64,000 nucleotides of DNA from Armatimonadota bacterium (GCA_031363095.1 JANLTX010000011.1:26575-90574); one strand, 5' to 3'; shown: positions 34,988 through 43,342, numbered from the stretch's first letter. The notes: generated from the sequence alone by a model not told the origin. A program made the numbers and translations.

Positions 34988-36061
34988 TTACTTCCCCTCC
35001 CGGCGCTGCCGTGCCAACCCCGCCACAACGACCGCCTCCGTCACGTCTTGCAGGGAGACGCTGCCCAGCCCCTGCGCCAGCACGTAGCGCGCGACTCCCC
35101 CTGCCGCTTTCTTATCACGGCGAGTCAGTTCTATCAAAGCCGCATCGTCGATGTCTTCCGGCAGATTCACCGGCAGCCCGACCGCTGTCAGCACCGTGCG
35201 AAGCCTGGCCGTCACGTCGGGTGGCGTCACGCCTGCTTCTTCTCCGATGAGCGCCGCCGAGACCATTCCGATGGCAATCGCCTCGCCGTGCTTGTAGCGC
35301 CGGTAGTTCGTCGCGCCTTCGAGCGCATGCCCGATGGTGTGACCGAAGTTCAAGATCGCTCTCAGGCCGCTCTCCTCACGCTCGTCGCCGCCCACGACCT
35401 CGGCTTTGATGGCGCACGAGCGCTCGATCATCGCCTCCCAGTCGTCGCTCAGGGCTGTCTCCAGAAGCGTCGGCTCGCGGATCACGCCATACTTGATGAC
35501 CTCGGAAAGCCCGCTTCGACGCTCGCGCACGGGCAGCGTCGAGAGCGTCCGGGTGTCGGCCAGAACCAGGCGCGGCTGGTAGAACGCTCCGACCAGGTTC
35601 TTTCCCTCACGGAAGTCCACACCGGTCTTGCCTCCCACCGACGAATCCACCATAGCAAGAAGCGTCGTCGGCACCTGCACGTAGTCGAGTCCTCGGAGAT
35701 AGGTCGCCGCCACGAACCCGACCATGTCTCCCACGACCCCGCCGCCCAGCGCGACCAGCAGGGTTTTCCGGTCGATTCCCGGCAGATTATACAGCCGCTC
35801 GTAGAGCCGCGCTATCGCAGGTAGCTGCTTGTGGCGCTCCCCGGCGGGGTATGAGATCACAGAGACATCGAGACCGGCGGCTTGAAGCGAGAAAAGCAGC
35901 GGCTCGCTCCAGTGACGAGCAATCGGCGGCTGAGTGATTACCACGACCCGTTTCGAGCGGGCCACAGCGGAGATCCTCGCCCCGGCACTGCCCAGAACAT
36001 CGGGGCCGATCTGAATCTCGTAGCTTCGGTCCTGGGGCAGGGAAACGTGTAATTTTCTCAC
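34988..36061 (-). CDS. aroB: 3-dehydroquinate synthase
   Basis: LGGGVVGDMVGFVAATYLRG, DSSVGGKTGV, GHTIGHALE. Confidence 0.95.
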   Translation of the reverse strand: MRKLHVSLPQDRSYEIQIGPDVLGSAGARISAVARSKRVVVITQPPIARHWSEPLLFSLQAAGLDVSVISYPAGERHKQLPAIARLYERLYNLPGIDRKTLLVALGGGVVGDMVGFVAATYLRGLDYVQVPTTLLAMVDSSVGGKTGVDFREGKNLVGAFYQPRLVLADTRTLSTLPVRERRSGLSEVIKYGVIREPTLLETALSDDWEAMIERSCAIKAEVVGGDEREESGLRAILNFGHTIGHALEGATNYRRYKHGEAIAIGMVSAALIGEEAGVTPPDVTARLRTVLTAVGLPVNLPEDIDDAALIELTRRDKKAAGGVARYVLAQGLGSVSLQDVTEAVVVAGLARQRREGK

Positions 36062-36591
36062 AAAACGCTCCCTCCCAGGCGGCGGACGATCTCGCTCGCC
36101 ACGGTTGCCGGGGGGCGATCCGAGGTATCGACGACCATCTCGGCGAGGCGCTGGTAGAGCGGACCGCGCTCGCTCATCAGCCGGAGCACGCGCGTCAGGG
36201 GTTCTTCGTCGCCGCCACCCTCGGCCAGCAGGGGCCGCCCGGACGCCCGCTTGATCGTCCGCCGCACGACGATCTCCGGGCGCGCCGTCAGCCAGACAAC
36301 CCGCCCGGCTTCCCGCAGGGCCGAGGCGTTGTCCTCGCGCAGGGGCACTCCGCCCCCCGTGGAAATCACCTGGCGCTCTCCGGCGCAGACACCGAGAACG
36401 ACCTGGCTCTCGCGCTCCCGAAACGCAGCCTCGCCATCGGTGGCGAATATCTCCGGGATGCTTCGTCCCTCGATTCGGGTGAGCAAAGCATCGGTATCGA
36501 CGAGCTTCCAGCCAAGCTGGCGCGCGACCAGGCGGCCTACGGTTGTCTTTCCTGACCCCATGAACCCGATGAGAACGACGTTGCGGGACAT
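36058..36591 (-). CDS. aroK: Shikimate kinase
   Basis: VVLIGFMGSGKTTVGR, ISTGGG. ATGA-type overlap with aroB. Confidence 0.9.
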   Translation of the reverse strand: MSRNVVLIGFMGSGKTTVGRLVARQLGWKLVDTDALLTRIEGRSIPEIFATDGEAAFRERESQVVLGVCAGERQVISTGGGVPLREDNASALREAGRVVWLTARPEIVVRRTIKRASGRPLLAEGGGDEEPLTRVLRLMSERGPLYQRLAEMVVDTSDRPPATVASEIVRRLGGSVL

Positions 36592-36611
36592 AGTGTCATT
36601 GTATCGCGACA

Positions 36612-36647
36612 GAAAAAAACCGGGGCGGAAGCTCCGCCCCGGTTTTG
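36612..36647 (-). terminator. Rho-independent (bidirectional-looking) terminator downstream of pilQ
   Basis: CCGGGGCGG-AAGCT-CCGCCCCGG flanked by A7 on the plus strand (U-tract on the minus strand) and TTTT. It lies 20 nt after the pilQ stop. Confidence 0.75.
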
Positions 36648-36666
36648 TGGGAGAACCCGAGTGCGT

Positions 36667-38343
36667 CTACAGGGAGACGCGGGTCGCTCCGGGATTGTCC
36701 GGGTCCACGATGGTCGGCGTGATGAAGATAAGAATCTCCGAGCCGCGCGAGGTCTTGGACTTCTGCTGGAAGAGTCGCCCGACGATAGGCAGGCTGCTGA
36801 GCAGCGGCACCCGGTCGTCGGTCTCACTCACCTGCCGGTTGATGAAGCCCCCCACCACCATCGTCTCGCCGTTGCGCAGCCGCCGGAACGCGTTGACGGA
36901 CTGGGTTTTGTTGGTCGAGGTTGGCAGGCCATTGGCACCGATAGTGACAGTCTGAGTGCTCAGCGACGGTGCCACCTGCATGCTGATCGTATTGTCGCCA
37001 TTGATGTGCGGCAGGATCTGAAGCTGCTGGAACGCCGGGATCACCACCTGAATCGGCTGCGGGATGGTTCCAAACTGGGTGACGATCTGCGACGTGATGA
37101 ACGTCGTGGTGACGTCCGAGACGCTGATGCTTCCCAGGGTATTGTTCGCCGTGCTGATAATAGGAGCCTGAAGAATGTTGTTCGTGGACTTTGTCAGCGC
37201 GGCCCGCATGTTCGCCACGGCGTTGCCGGAGCTGTAGGCCATGTAGACAGTCGGGTTACCTGCGCCACTGGGCGGGACGAACACGTCCAGGTTGTTAGCC
37301 GGAGCAAAGTGCCAGTCCACACCGAACGAGTCGGTATCGTTGATGTCCACGGTCACGAACTCGGCCTTGACGATCACTTCCTGAGGCGCTTTGTCGAGCA
37401 GCTTGATGAGCTGTCGAAGCTGCTGCACCGCATCGGCGTCGCTGGACTGGACGATCAGTGTGTTGTCGGCATCGTTGGCGATGATGTTGTCGATGCCATC
37501 GGGGCGAAGCGCACCCGGCTGACCCGCTCCACCGGCTCCACCCGCACCGCCAGGACCACCGGCTCCACCACCGAAGCCGCCCTGACCGCCACCGAAGCCA
37601 CCCTGACCGCCGCCGCGTCCACCGCCGAAGCCGCCGCCACCGCCGCCGAAGCCACCACCACGCTGACCGGCGCTCTCGGCGGTATGCTCCGCGTTACCCT
37701 GCACCGTCGGTGGAGTCACTCCCGCTGCTGCTGCCTTGAGCAGAAGATCTGCATTGACACCACCGTTGAAGTAGCTCTTGGGCATGAGATCCTGCGCCAG
37801 ATCCTGCGCAAGGCGCTTGGCCATCGTGTCTAAGCCGCCCTGGCCGTCCAGAAGTCGCTTGAGATCGGTCGCCGGGTAGTACATCAGCTTGATCGAGAAG
37901 TACTGCCCCGAGGCTTTCTTCTTGGGCGGAGCCACGACCACAGCCTCATCGGCGGGCCTGGCAGTCGGGATCGGCTTGACCTCAGGAGCAGGCGGAGTCG
38001 GCTCCGACCCCTTGGGACGAATGTAGAAAATTCCGTCCTCATCCTTGACGATAGCTCCGCCAAGCTGAGCCACGATCTGAAGGGCCTTGCGGATCGGGAT
38101 TCGATCCAGTTTGGCCGTCACCAGGCGATACTCCCCCGGCTCGACGACGATGCTCTTGATGCCCGCTTGCTGGGTGATGCCCGCGATCACTGACTGAAGC
38201 CGCGCATCGCGCAGATCCAGCGTAATCAGCGAATCATCGTTGCGTTCCTGCGCCAGCGCAGCCGGAACGGCCAACCAGACGGGTGCTGAGAGTGCCAGGA
38301 GAGCGAGAACGCTCCCACCTCGCATCCGATTTTGCATATACAT
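36667..38343 (-). CDS. pilQ: Type IV pilus secretin PilQ with internal glycine-rich insertion
   Basis: Signal peptide. N0-like ITLDLRDARLQSVI... The secretin core ends VPLLSSLPIVGRLF...SEILIFITPTIV. The insertion is GGGFGGGGGGFGGGRGGGQGGFGGGQGGFGGGAGGPGGAGGAGGAG. Confidence 0.9.
   Translation of the reverse strand: MYMQNRMRGGSVLALLALSAPVWLAVPAALAQERNDDSLITLDLRDARLQSVIAGITQQAGIKSIVVEPGEYRLVTAKLDRIPIRKALQIVAQLGGAIVKDEDGIFYIRPKGSEPTPPAPEVKPIPTARPADEAVVVAPPKKKASGQYFSIKLMYYPATDLKRLLDGQGGLDTMAKRLAQDLAQDLMPKSYFNGGVNADLLLKAAAAGVTPPTVQGNAEHTAESAGQRGGGFGGGGGGFGGGRGGGQGGFGGGQGGFGGGAGGPGGAGGAGGAGQPGALRPDGIDNIIANDADNTLIVQSSDADAVQQLRQLIKLLDKAPQEVIVKAEFVTVDINDTDSFGVDWHFAPANNLDVFVPPSGAGNPTVYMAYSSGNAVANMRAALTKSTNNILQAPIISTANNTLGSISVSDVTTTFITSQIVTQFGTIPQPIQVVIPAFQQLQILPHINGDNTISMQVAPSLSTQTVTIGANGLPTSTNKTQSVNAFRRLRNGETMVVGGFINRQVSETDDRVPLLSSLPIVGRLFQQKSKTSRGSEILIFITPTIVDPDNPGATRVSL
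37514..37663 (-). repeat. GGC/GCC-rich tract encoding the PilQ glycine-rich insertion
   Basis: Runs of CCGCC/GCCACC on the plus strand, translating to a G/F/Q low-complexity segment. Confidence 0.8.
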
Positions 38344-38439
38344 ATCCTCTCCAAACTACCTGAAAAGCTGTCAAGAGAGAGATCGGGACTACCTCCGATG
38401 AGCGACAGCCCGATCTCTCCCACACTTACTTACCGTGGC

Positions 38440-39204
38440 TTAGAAGCCGCGTCCGCCGCCGAAGCCGCCGCCGCCAAAGCCGCCGCCGCCGCCACCGAGG
38501 CCGCCGCCGCCGCCAAAGCCGCCACCGCCTCCACCGAGGCCGCCGCCACCGCCACCGAAGCCACCGCCACCGCCGCCGAAGCCGCCGCCACCCAGGCCGC
38601 CGCCACCGCCACCGAAGCCGCCGCCACCCAGGCCGCCGCCACCGCCACCGAAGCCGCCACCACCACCGCCAAGGCCGCCGCCACCGCCGCCGATACCGCC
38701 ACCCATCTGCTGCTGGCGCTGGAACGGACGAAGGAACAGGAACGGACCGATCAGCTGCTGAAGGTCCATCGCATCGATGTACGTCAACGGAATGATGTCC
38801 GGCGGGCGGCGCTGAGGCTCATCCACCTCGGGAGCCGAGTCCAGACCGCTCGTGGTCGGCGGAATCATCGGGCGAGGCTTCACGATGTACACACCGTTCT
38901 CTTTGGTGTACGTCAAAGGAATCGTCGCGGTTCGCATGATCAGCTTGAGTGCGTTCTCAAACGGCTGATCGCGAATCTTCAGCGTCACGAAGCCGCTCAC
39001 CAGCGGATCGATGGTGTACTGTACGTTCGCGCTGTTGAAGATCTGCTCCAAAGCGCTCTTGATCTGCGCATCCCGAAGCTCAACCGTCACAGGGGGCGGC
39101 TCCTGCGCCCGTGCTACTCCGGGTGCGACAACCAGCGTTGTCACCGAGAGCGCCGCAGCCAGAAGCATTGTCCTTTTAATCATGAATGTTCCTTGCTTTC
39201 TCAA
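38440..39204 (-). CDS. Secreted paralog of the PilQ N-terminal module (N0-like domain + start of N1) ending in a ~90-aa glycine-rich tail
   Basis: Signal peptide. VTVELRDAQIKSALEQIF...FVTLKIRDQPFENALKLIM parallels PilQ ITLDLRDARLQSVIAGIT...LVTAKLDRIPIRKALQIVA. IIPLTYIDAMDLQQLI parallels FSIKLMYYPATDLKRLL. It then ends in (GGGGGFGGGGGGL)n. Confidence 0.65.
   Translation of the reverse strand: MRKQGTFMIKRTMLLAAALSVTTLVVAPGVARAQEPPPVTVELRDAQIKSALEQIFNSANVQYTIDPLVSGFVTLKIRDQPFENALKLIMRTATIPLTYTKENGVYIVKPRPMIPPTTSGLDSAPEVDEPQRRPPDIIPLTYIDAMDLQQLIGPFLFLRPFQRQQQMGGGIGGGGGGLGGGGGGFGGGGGGLGGGGFGGGGGGLGGGGFGGGGGGFGGGGGGLGGGGGGFGGGGGLGGGGGGFGGGGFGGGRGF
38443..38706 (-). repeat. Long GCC/GCCGCC tract encoding the GGGFGGGGL tail
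   Basis: About 260 nt of near-periodic GCCGCC/ACCGCC. The other frames give the poly-Ala shadow ORFs in the track. Confidence 0.85.
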
Positions 39205-39219
39205 GCTTTCTCAAAAAGT

Positions 39220-40116
39220 CTAAGCACCGGCGGCACCACCAGCGCCACCCTTGCCGCCCATCGCAGGGCCGCCACCGCCGCCGAAGCCACCCGCGCTCGG
39301 GCCGCCACCAAAGCCACCACCGCCGAACCCGCCGCCGCCACCGAGCTGGCCGCGCATGGCATCCAGCACCGCCGGGGAGAGTCCGCTCAGCTTGACCTCG
39401 ACCGTCCGGCCATCGTCGGCGCGTAGCACCAGTCGATCCATCGCTATCGAGTCCACAGTCAGGTCCGCGATTCCCGGAACGCCGCTGGGAACCTTCGCCC
39501 CCGGCGCGATGATCCGGGTGTCCGAGCTGGGCGACTCGCCCGTCTCTAAAATTGCCGTGATCGCCCCATTGTACAGCACCCCCGCCACGCGGCGCGGCAC
39601 CGGAGGCAGCGGCAGCATGTTCTCAACACCCCCCGGCCCATCAATAGGAACATCTTTGGGGAACGCCGCCAGCCGCATCGGGGCCGCCAGCGTGTACGCG
39701 TCAGGCTCGGTGACTATCAGCCGATAGAACGAAACGAACGGATCGCCACGGAACTTGCTCACCGCTCCGACACGGATCGGTGCAGGCTTGGCCGCGCCGC
39801 CTGCGGCGGCGTCCATCGGGTTCGGTGCGGCTCCCCCGCCCGCTACTACGCCGGGCATTCCTTCGGGCGCAGCGTCAAACGAGCTTTGAACCTTCGGCGG
39901 GGCCTTGGCAACTGCCATGCCGCCACCCGCCGGGCCGACCGGGAGCGTCGGGGCTGTCGGGACCGTCCCCGGTCCCGCAGGAGATTGGACCGTCGGGTCG
40001 CCCGCCGCCGGGGCTTCCGGAAGGGGTGGAGCCGCAGGCTCGCTACTCGGGCATCCAGCGATCAGCCCTGCCGAGAGCGCCAGAGCGCCCAGCCATACAC
40101 TGTGTTTTTTGTTCAT
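39220..40116 (-). CDS. pilP: PilP-like pilus assembly lipoprotein with glycine-rich C-terminal tail
   Basis: Lipobox LSAGLIAGC, RGDPF motif, C-terminal beta-domain pattern RVAGVLYNGAITAILETG...LVLRADDGRTVEVKL, and tail GGGGGFGGGGFGGGPSAGGFGGGGGPAMGGKGGAGGAAGA. Confidence 0.7.
   Translation of the reverse strand: MNKKHSVWLGALALSAGLIAGCPSSEPAAPPLPEAPAAGDPTVQSPAGPGTVPTAPTLPVGPAGGGMAVAKAPPKVQSSFDAAPEGMPGVVAGGGAAPNPMDAAAGGAAKPAPIRVGAVSKFRGDPFVSFYRLIVTEPDAYTLAAPMRLAAFPKDVPIDGPGGVENMLPLPPVPRRVAGVLYNGAITAILETGESPSSDTRIIAPGAKVPSGVPGIADLTVDSIAMDRLVLRADDGRTVEVKLSGLSPAVLDAMRGQLGGGGGFGGGGFGGGPSAGGFGGGGGPAMGGKGGAGGAAGA
39223..39345 (-). repeat. GC-repeat tract encoding the PilP glycine-rich tail
   Basis: GCCACC/GCCGCC runs at the 3' end of the gene. 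Confidence 0.8.
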
Positions 40117-40125
40117 ACTGAAAAC

Positions 40126-40935
40126 CTATTGCCCCCGTGCATCGGCCATGCCCGCCGCCTGAGGCCCGCCTGCCTGGCCGCCACCAGCGCCATAACCGCC
40201 GCCACCGCCGCCGCCACCGTAGCCGCCGCCACCGGGAGGACCACCCACGCCGCCACCGCCGCCCATCATGCCGCCCGCACCCGAGCCACCCGCCCAGGGG
40301 AAGGCAGGACCGGGCTTCTCGGTGTTCTGCGCGAAGATATAAGCCGTCACGGTGTACGAGGCTTCGAGCTGCGGAGACTGCCCCGCGAGGCTCAGCCCAT
40401 CCACCATGACCAGGCGGTTGAAGTTGTTCCAGCGCCGCACGTGCCGCATGATGTTGGGGAAGGTACCCCGTACCCGGACATTGCCCAGCGTGAAAATATA
40501 GGGCTGCGGCTTGTTCACCTGGTTCGGGTCTTCCGGCGGCGGCGGGAGCGAGAAGCTCTTCTGGACAATCGTCACCGACTTGTCCGCCGTGACGAACTTG
40601 TCCACCGACGGCCCGAGGCGCTGAATCTGCTCCGTCCAGAGCTGCTGAGTCGCTCCCCAGAGATCCGACATATTGATGCGCGGCATCAACGAGCGATCAT
40701 AGGTCGCCCAGTCTGCCTGTGCCGCCAGTTTGTCTGAAGCGACTTTCTTCTCACGGGTCTTTTCGCCCGGCATCTTCGCCGCTTCCTGCTCACGCCCGTC
40801 GCGACGGGCTTCCTGTGTCGCCGTCTCGTCCATCGAGGGCTTGACCAAACCAAAAAAGATACCGGCTGCAAACATCAGCGAGAGAACCCCGGAGATGATC
40901 CAGGCCACCCCGGCTGTGATTTTAGGAGATTTCAT
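40126..40935 (-). CDS. pilO: PilO-like pilus assembly protein with glycine-rich C-terminal tail
   Basis: N-terminal TM helix, coiled-coil segment, and ferredoxin-like end GTFPNIMRHVRRWNNFNRLVMVDGLSL...YTVTAYIF. Tail GGMMGGGGGVGGPPGGGGYGGGGGGGGYGAGGGQAGGPQAAGMADARGQ. Confidence 0.75.
   Translation of the reverse strand: MKSPKITAGVAWIISGVLSLMFAAGIFFGLVKPSMDETATQEARRDGREQEAAKMPGEKTREKKVASDKLAAQADWATYDRSLMPRINMSDLWGATQQLWTEQIQRLGPSVDKFVTADKSVTIVQKSFSLPPPPEDPNQVNKPQPYIFTLGNVRVRGTFPNIMRHVRRWNNFNRLVMVDGLSLAGQSPQLEASYTVTAYIFAQNTEKPGPAFPWAGGSGAGGMMGGGGGVGGPPGGGGYGGGGGGGGYGAGGGQAGGPQAAGMADARGQ
40129..40300 (-). repeat. GC-repeat tract encoding the PilO tail; near-duplicate of 40947-41110
   Basis: By-eye alignment to the pilN 3' end shows a high level of nucleotide identity over ~150 nt. 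Confidence 0.8.
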
Positions 40936-40943
40936 ACGTTAAA

Positions 40944-41711
40944 CTATTGCCCCTTCGCCTCGTCCATGCCCGCCGCCGACGGACCACCCGCCTGGCCGCC
41001 ACCAGCGCCATAGCCGCCGCCACCGCCGTAGCCGCCACCACCGCCACCGGGAGGACCACCCACGCCACCGCCACCACCGCCCGCTCCACCGACGGAGCTA
41101 CCGCCGCCAGGAGGCGCAGGTGCCGCCACGGAGTTGGTTAGCTGCGCGACGACATCGATGTCGAAGCCCGCTGCGTTGGGATCGGCTTGCTGGCCAGGAC
41201 CAATCGTCTGGTTGGTCTTGGTGTTGGGCCAGCCATAGATTCCCTTCCAGCCGACTGCTTTGACGTCCGGGTTGGCCGACATCGCCAGGTAGTAGTTCGC
41301 GGCGTCGGAGAGCTTTTTCACCCGACCTTTGATGGCAAGCGTGTCGCCCTGAACCGTCATCGAGTTGTACTCGACGCGCGGGTCGGTGTAGCGTGCCGCT
41401 TGCTCGAAGATGCGAGGACGAAGCCCGTTGTACCAGCGGACCTGCTTGACGAAGTTGACCTTGGCCTTCAGCGGCGCAATCGTCGCTTCTTCAGCGTCGT
41501 TCTTGCTACGAAGCGTCTCGACCTCGGTGGCGCGGCGGTCGGCATCCGCCGCTTCGTCCGCCATCTTCACCTCGGCAGGTTTGACCTGGAAGAAGTGGTA
41601 GCCCAGCATCGCCCCAACGACTGCCGTCAGCAGTGCGATTGCCAGGACGTAGTGAGTCGTTCGCTTTTTTTGCTCACCGAGGTAAGCAGGTAGTAGGTTT
41701 ACTCGAAGCAT
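40944..41711 (-). CDS. pilN: PilN (fimbrial assembly) protein with glycine-rich C-terminal tail
   Basis: MLRVNLLPAYL followed by a TM helix. Tail GGGSSVGGAGGGGGGVGGPPGGGGGGYGGGGGYGAGGGQAGGPSAAGMDEAKGQ. Confidence 0.85.
   Translation of the reverse strand: MLRVNLLPAYLGEQKKRTTHYVLAIALLTAVVGAMLGYHFFQVKPAEVKMADEAADADRRATEVETLRSKNDAEEATIAPLKAKVNFVKQVRWYNGLRPRIFEQAARYTDPRVEYNSMTVQGDTLAIKGRVKKLSDAANYYLAMSANPDVKAVGWKGIYGWPNTKTNQTIGPGQQADPNAAGFDIDVVAQLTNSVAAPAPPGGGSSVGGAGGGGGGVGGPPGGGGGGYGGGGGYGAGGGQAGGPSAAGMDEAKGQ
40947..41110 (-). repeat. GC-repeat tract encoding the PilN tail
   Basis: See 40129-40300. Confidence 0.8.
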
Positions 41712-41762
41712 TGTCGATTACGCTCTCTCTGAATAGTCACGCCCAACCTATTGGAACGTCGA

Positions 41763-41787
41763 GGGGCCATTTTCCTTCAATGGCCCC
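41763..41787 (-). other. Intercistronic hairpin between pilM and pilN
   Basis: GGGGCCAT-loop-ATGGCCCC, 8-bp perfect stem, 10 nt downstream of the pilM stop. Confidence 0.6.
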
Positions 41788-41797
41788 GAAACTTTTC

Positions 41798-43219
41798 TCA
41801 GCGACCCGCCCCCAGCACGGCATCGCGCGTCGCGAGTCCCATGGCGACGGCCAGCGCGGGAGCCATCTGCGCCCGTGCATCCAGCGAGACCTGACGCGCC
41901 GTGACGTTGACCCCGGCGAAGGGATCGGCCACCACCGCCGTCAACCCGGTCTGGTACTGAACATAGTCCGCCAGCCCCGGAATCGAGGCAGAACCGCCGC
42001 AGAGCAGCACCTGATCGATATTCTCGGTCGGGTAGCGCGACTTGAAGTAGTCTATCGAGCGCTGGAGCTCCATGACGAACTCGCCCAGCACCGGACTCAG
42101 CGCGTAGAAAACTTCTTTCTGGCGGGTCGTCCGGGGGTCTTCAGGCACGGGAGCGGTCTCGGGTGCCAGGGCCGCCACAGGAGCCGCCTCGGCAGGCGCA
42201 CCGGGCGTATCGAAGGGATTGTCGTAGGAAATATCAAACGGGTTGTCGCCCGCAGGCACCTCTCCGCCTCCGCCTTCTCCGCCGCTGTAGAGCGAGGGCG
42301 GCAGGGGCGCGGCCAGATCGACATCGAACGGGCTGGAGATACCCGCATCGGTCGGCGCACTCCCGAAGATTCCGCCGCCGTCCGTCGGCTGGTTGACCAG
42401 ATCCATGAAGATCTTGCCGTTCTGCTTTTTTTCGTCCTCGGCGGCGTCCATGGGAAGCCCGAGTCGGTCGGCGACGGCCTGGGTGAAGTTGTCTCCGCCC
42501 AGCGGGATCGTACGCGGGAAGCGCAGAGTCGCCTGCTTGAAGATCCCGACATCGGTCATCGATGCCCCGAGGTTGACCACGACGACGTTCTTGTCTTTGA
42601 GGCCCTGGCTCGACAGGTTGATCAGCGCCCGCCCGACGGCAAGCGGCTCGACATCGATGGCAACCGGAGTCAGACCCGCCGCCTTGAGCGTCTCCAGATG
42701 CGCAAAGACCATGTCGCGCTGGGCGCAGGCAAGCAGAACCTCCATGTTGGGGTTGGCTTCGTCTGCGTCCACCGCCGGGTCGTCGATCTTCTGATAGCTC
42801 ATCTCGACATCGGTCGCGGAGAACGGGATGTGGCGCTCCACTTCCCACTTCATGGTCTCCGCAAGCTCTGAGAGACTCATCTTGGGAACTTCGATGACGC
42901 GAACGACGACCGCCGCAGCGCCCGAAGCCGCTGAGACGCACTTGCCGCGCGCCTTGACGCCGGACTTATTGAGCAGCGCCTTGATCGCCGCACCGAGTGT
43001 CTTGGGGTCAGACACGACGCCCTGGGAGATCGTCCCGAGCGGGGTCTTGTCGATCCCGAATGCAGTGACACGCAGGCCACTGCCCGACCCTGTCACTTCG
43101 ACGACCTTGATCGTCTGAGACCCGATGTCCAGCCCAACGAACGACCCGCCACTGGGCCTGGGAGCGCGGACTGCTACCGCCTTGGGCTGAGGTGAGGGCT
43201 TTGTCTTGCCACCTGGCAT
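41798..43219 (-). CDS. pilM: PilM (actin-like type IV pilus assembly protein) with ~90-aa acidic/Pro-rich insertion
   Basis: FVGLDIGSQTIKVVEV, VVVNLGASMTDV, VLLCGGSASIPGLADYV. The preferred start MPGGKTKP at 43219 is preceded by GGAAGGTGG. Confidence 0.9.
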   Translation of the reverse strand: MPGGKTKPSPQPKAVAVRAPRPSGGSFVGLDIGSQTIKVVEVTGSGSGLRVTAFGIDKTPLGTISQGVVSDPKTLGAAIKALLNKSGVKARGKCVSAASGAAAVVVRVIEVPKMSLSELAETMKWEVERHIPFSATDVEMSYQKIDDPAVDADEANPNMEVLLACAQRDMVFAHLETLKAAGLTPVAIDVEPLAVGRALINLSSQGLKDKNVVVVNLGASMTDVGIFKQATLRFPRTIPLGGDNFTQAVADRLGLPMDAAEDEKKQNGKIFMDLVNQPTDGGGIFGSAPTDAGISSPFDVDLAAPLPPSLYSGGEGGGGEVPAGDNPFDISYDNPFDTPGAPAEAAPVAALAPETAPVPEDPRTTRQKEVFYALSPVLGEFVMELQRSIDYFKSRYPTENIDQVLLCGGSASIPGLADYVQYQTGLTAVVADPFAGVNVTARQVSLDARAQMAPALAVAMGLATRDAVLGAGR

Positions 43220-43284
43220 GCTGCCACCTTCCTTACCATGAAGTGGGCCATTGTAACACGCCCACAAAATCCGTGTCAAGCACG

Positions 43285-43314
43285 AAGGCCGCCCGCACTT
43301 CTGCGGGCGGCCTT
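43285..43314 (-). other. Strong hairpin between the giant gene and pilM
   Basis: AAGGCCGCCCGCA-CTTC-TGCGGGCGGCCTT, perfect 13-bp stem. There is no good U-tract on the minus strand. Confidence 0.65.
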
Positions 43315-43342
43315 TTGCCTTGTCAAACGATGCCGAACGGCG

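Noticed and set aside
36661-37833. 390-aa plus-strand ORF antisense to pilQ. Likewise 38332-39426 (+), 39886-40737 (+) and 41633-42871 (+) are antisense to the other pil genes.
   Set aside because: These are shadow ORFs opposite well-supported pil genes. Their sequences are low-complexity Arg/Ala/His-rich.
38430-38702. Poly-Ala/Val 90-aa ORF, plus Ala/Thr-rich stretches in the 38332-39426 plus-strand ORF.
   Set aside because: These are alternate readings of the GCC/GCCGCC repeat that encodes the glycine-rich tail. The Gly frame continues from a domain with a signal peptide and PilQ-like sequence.
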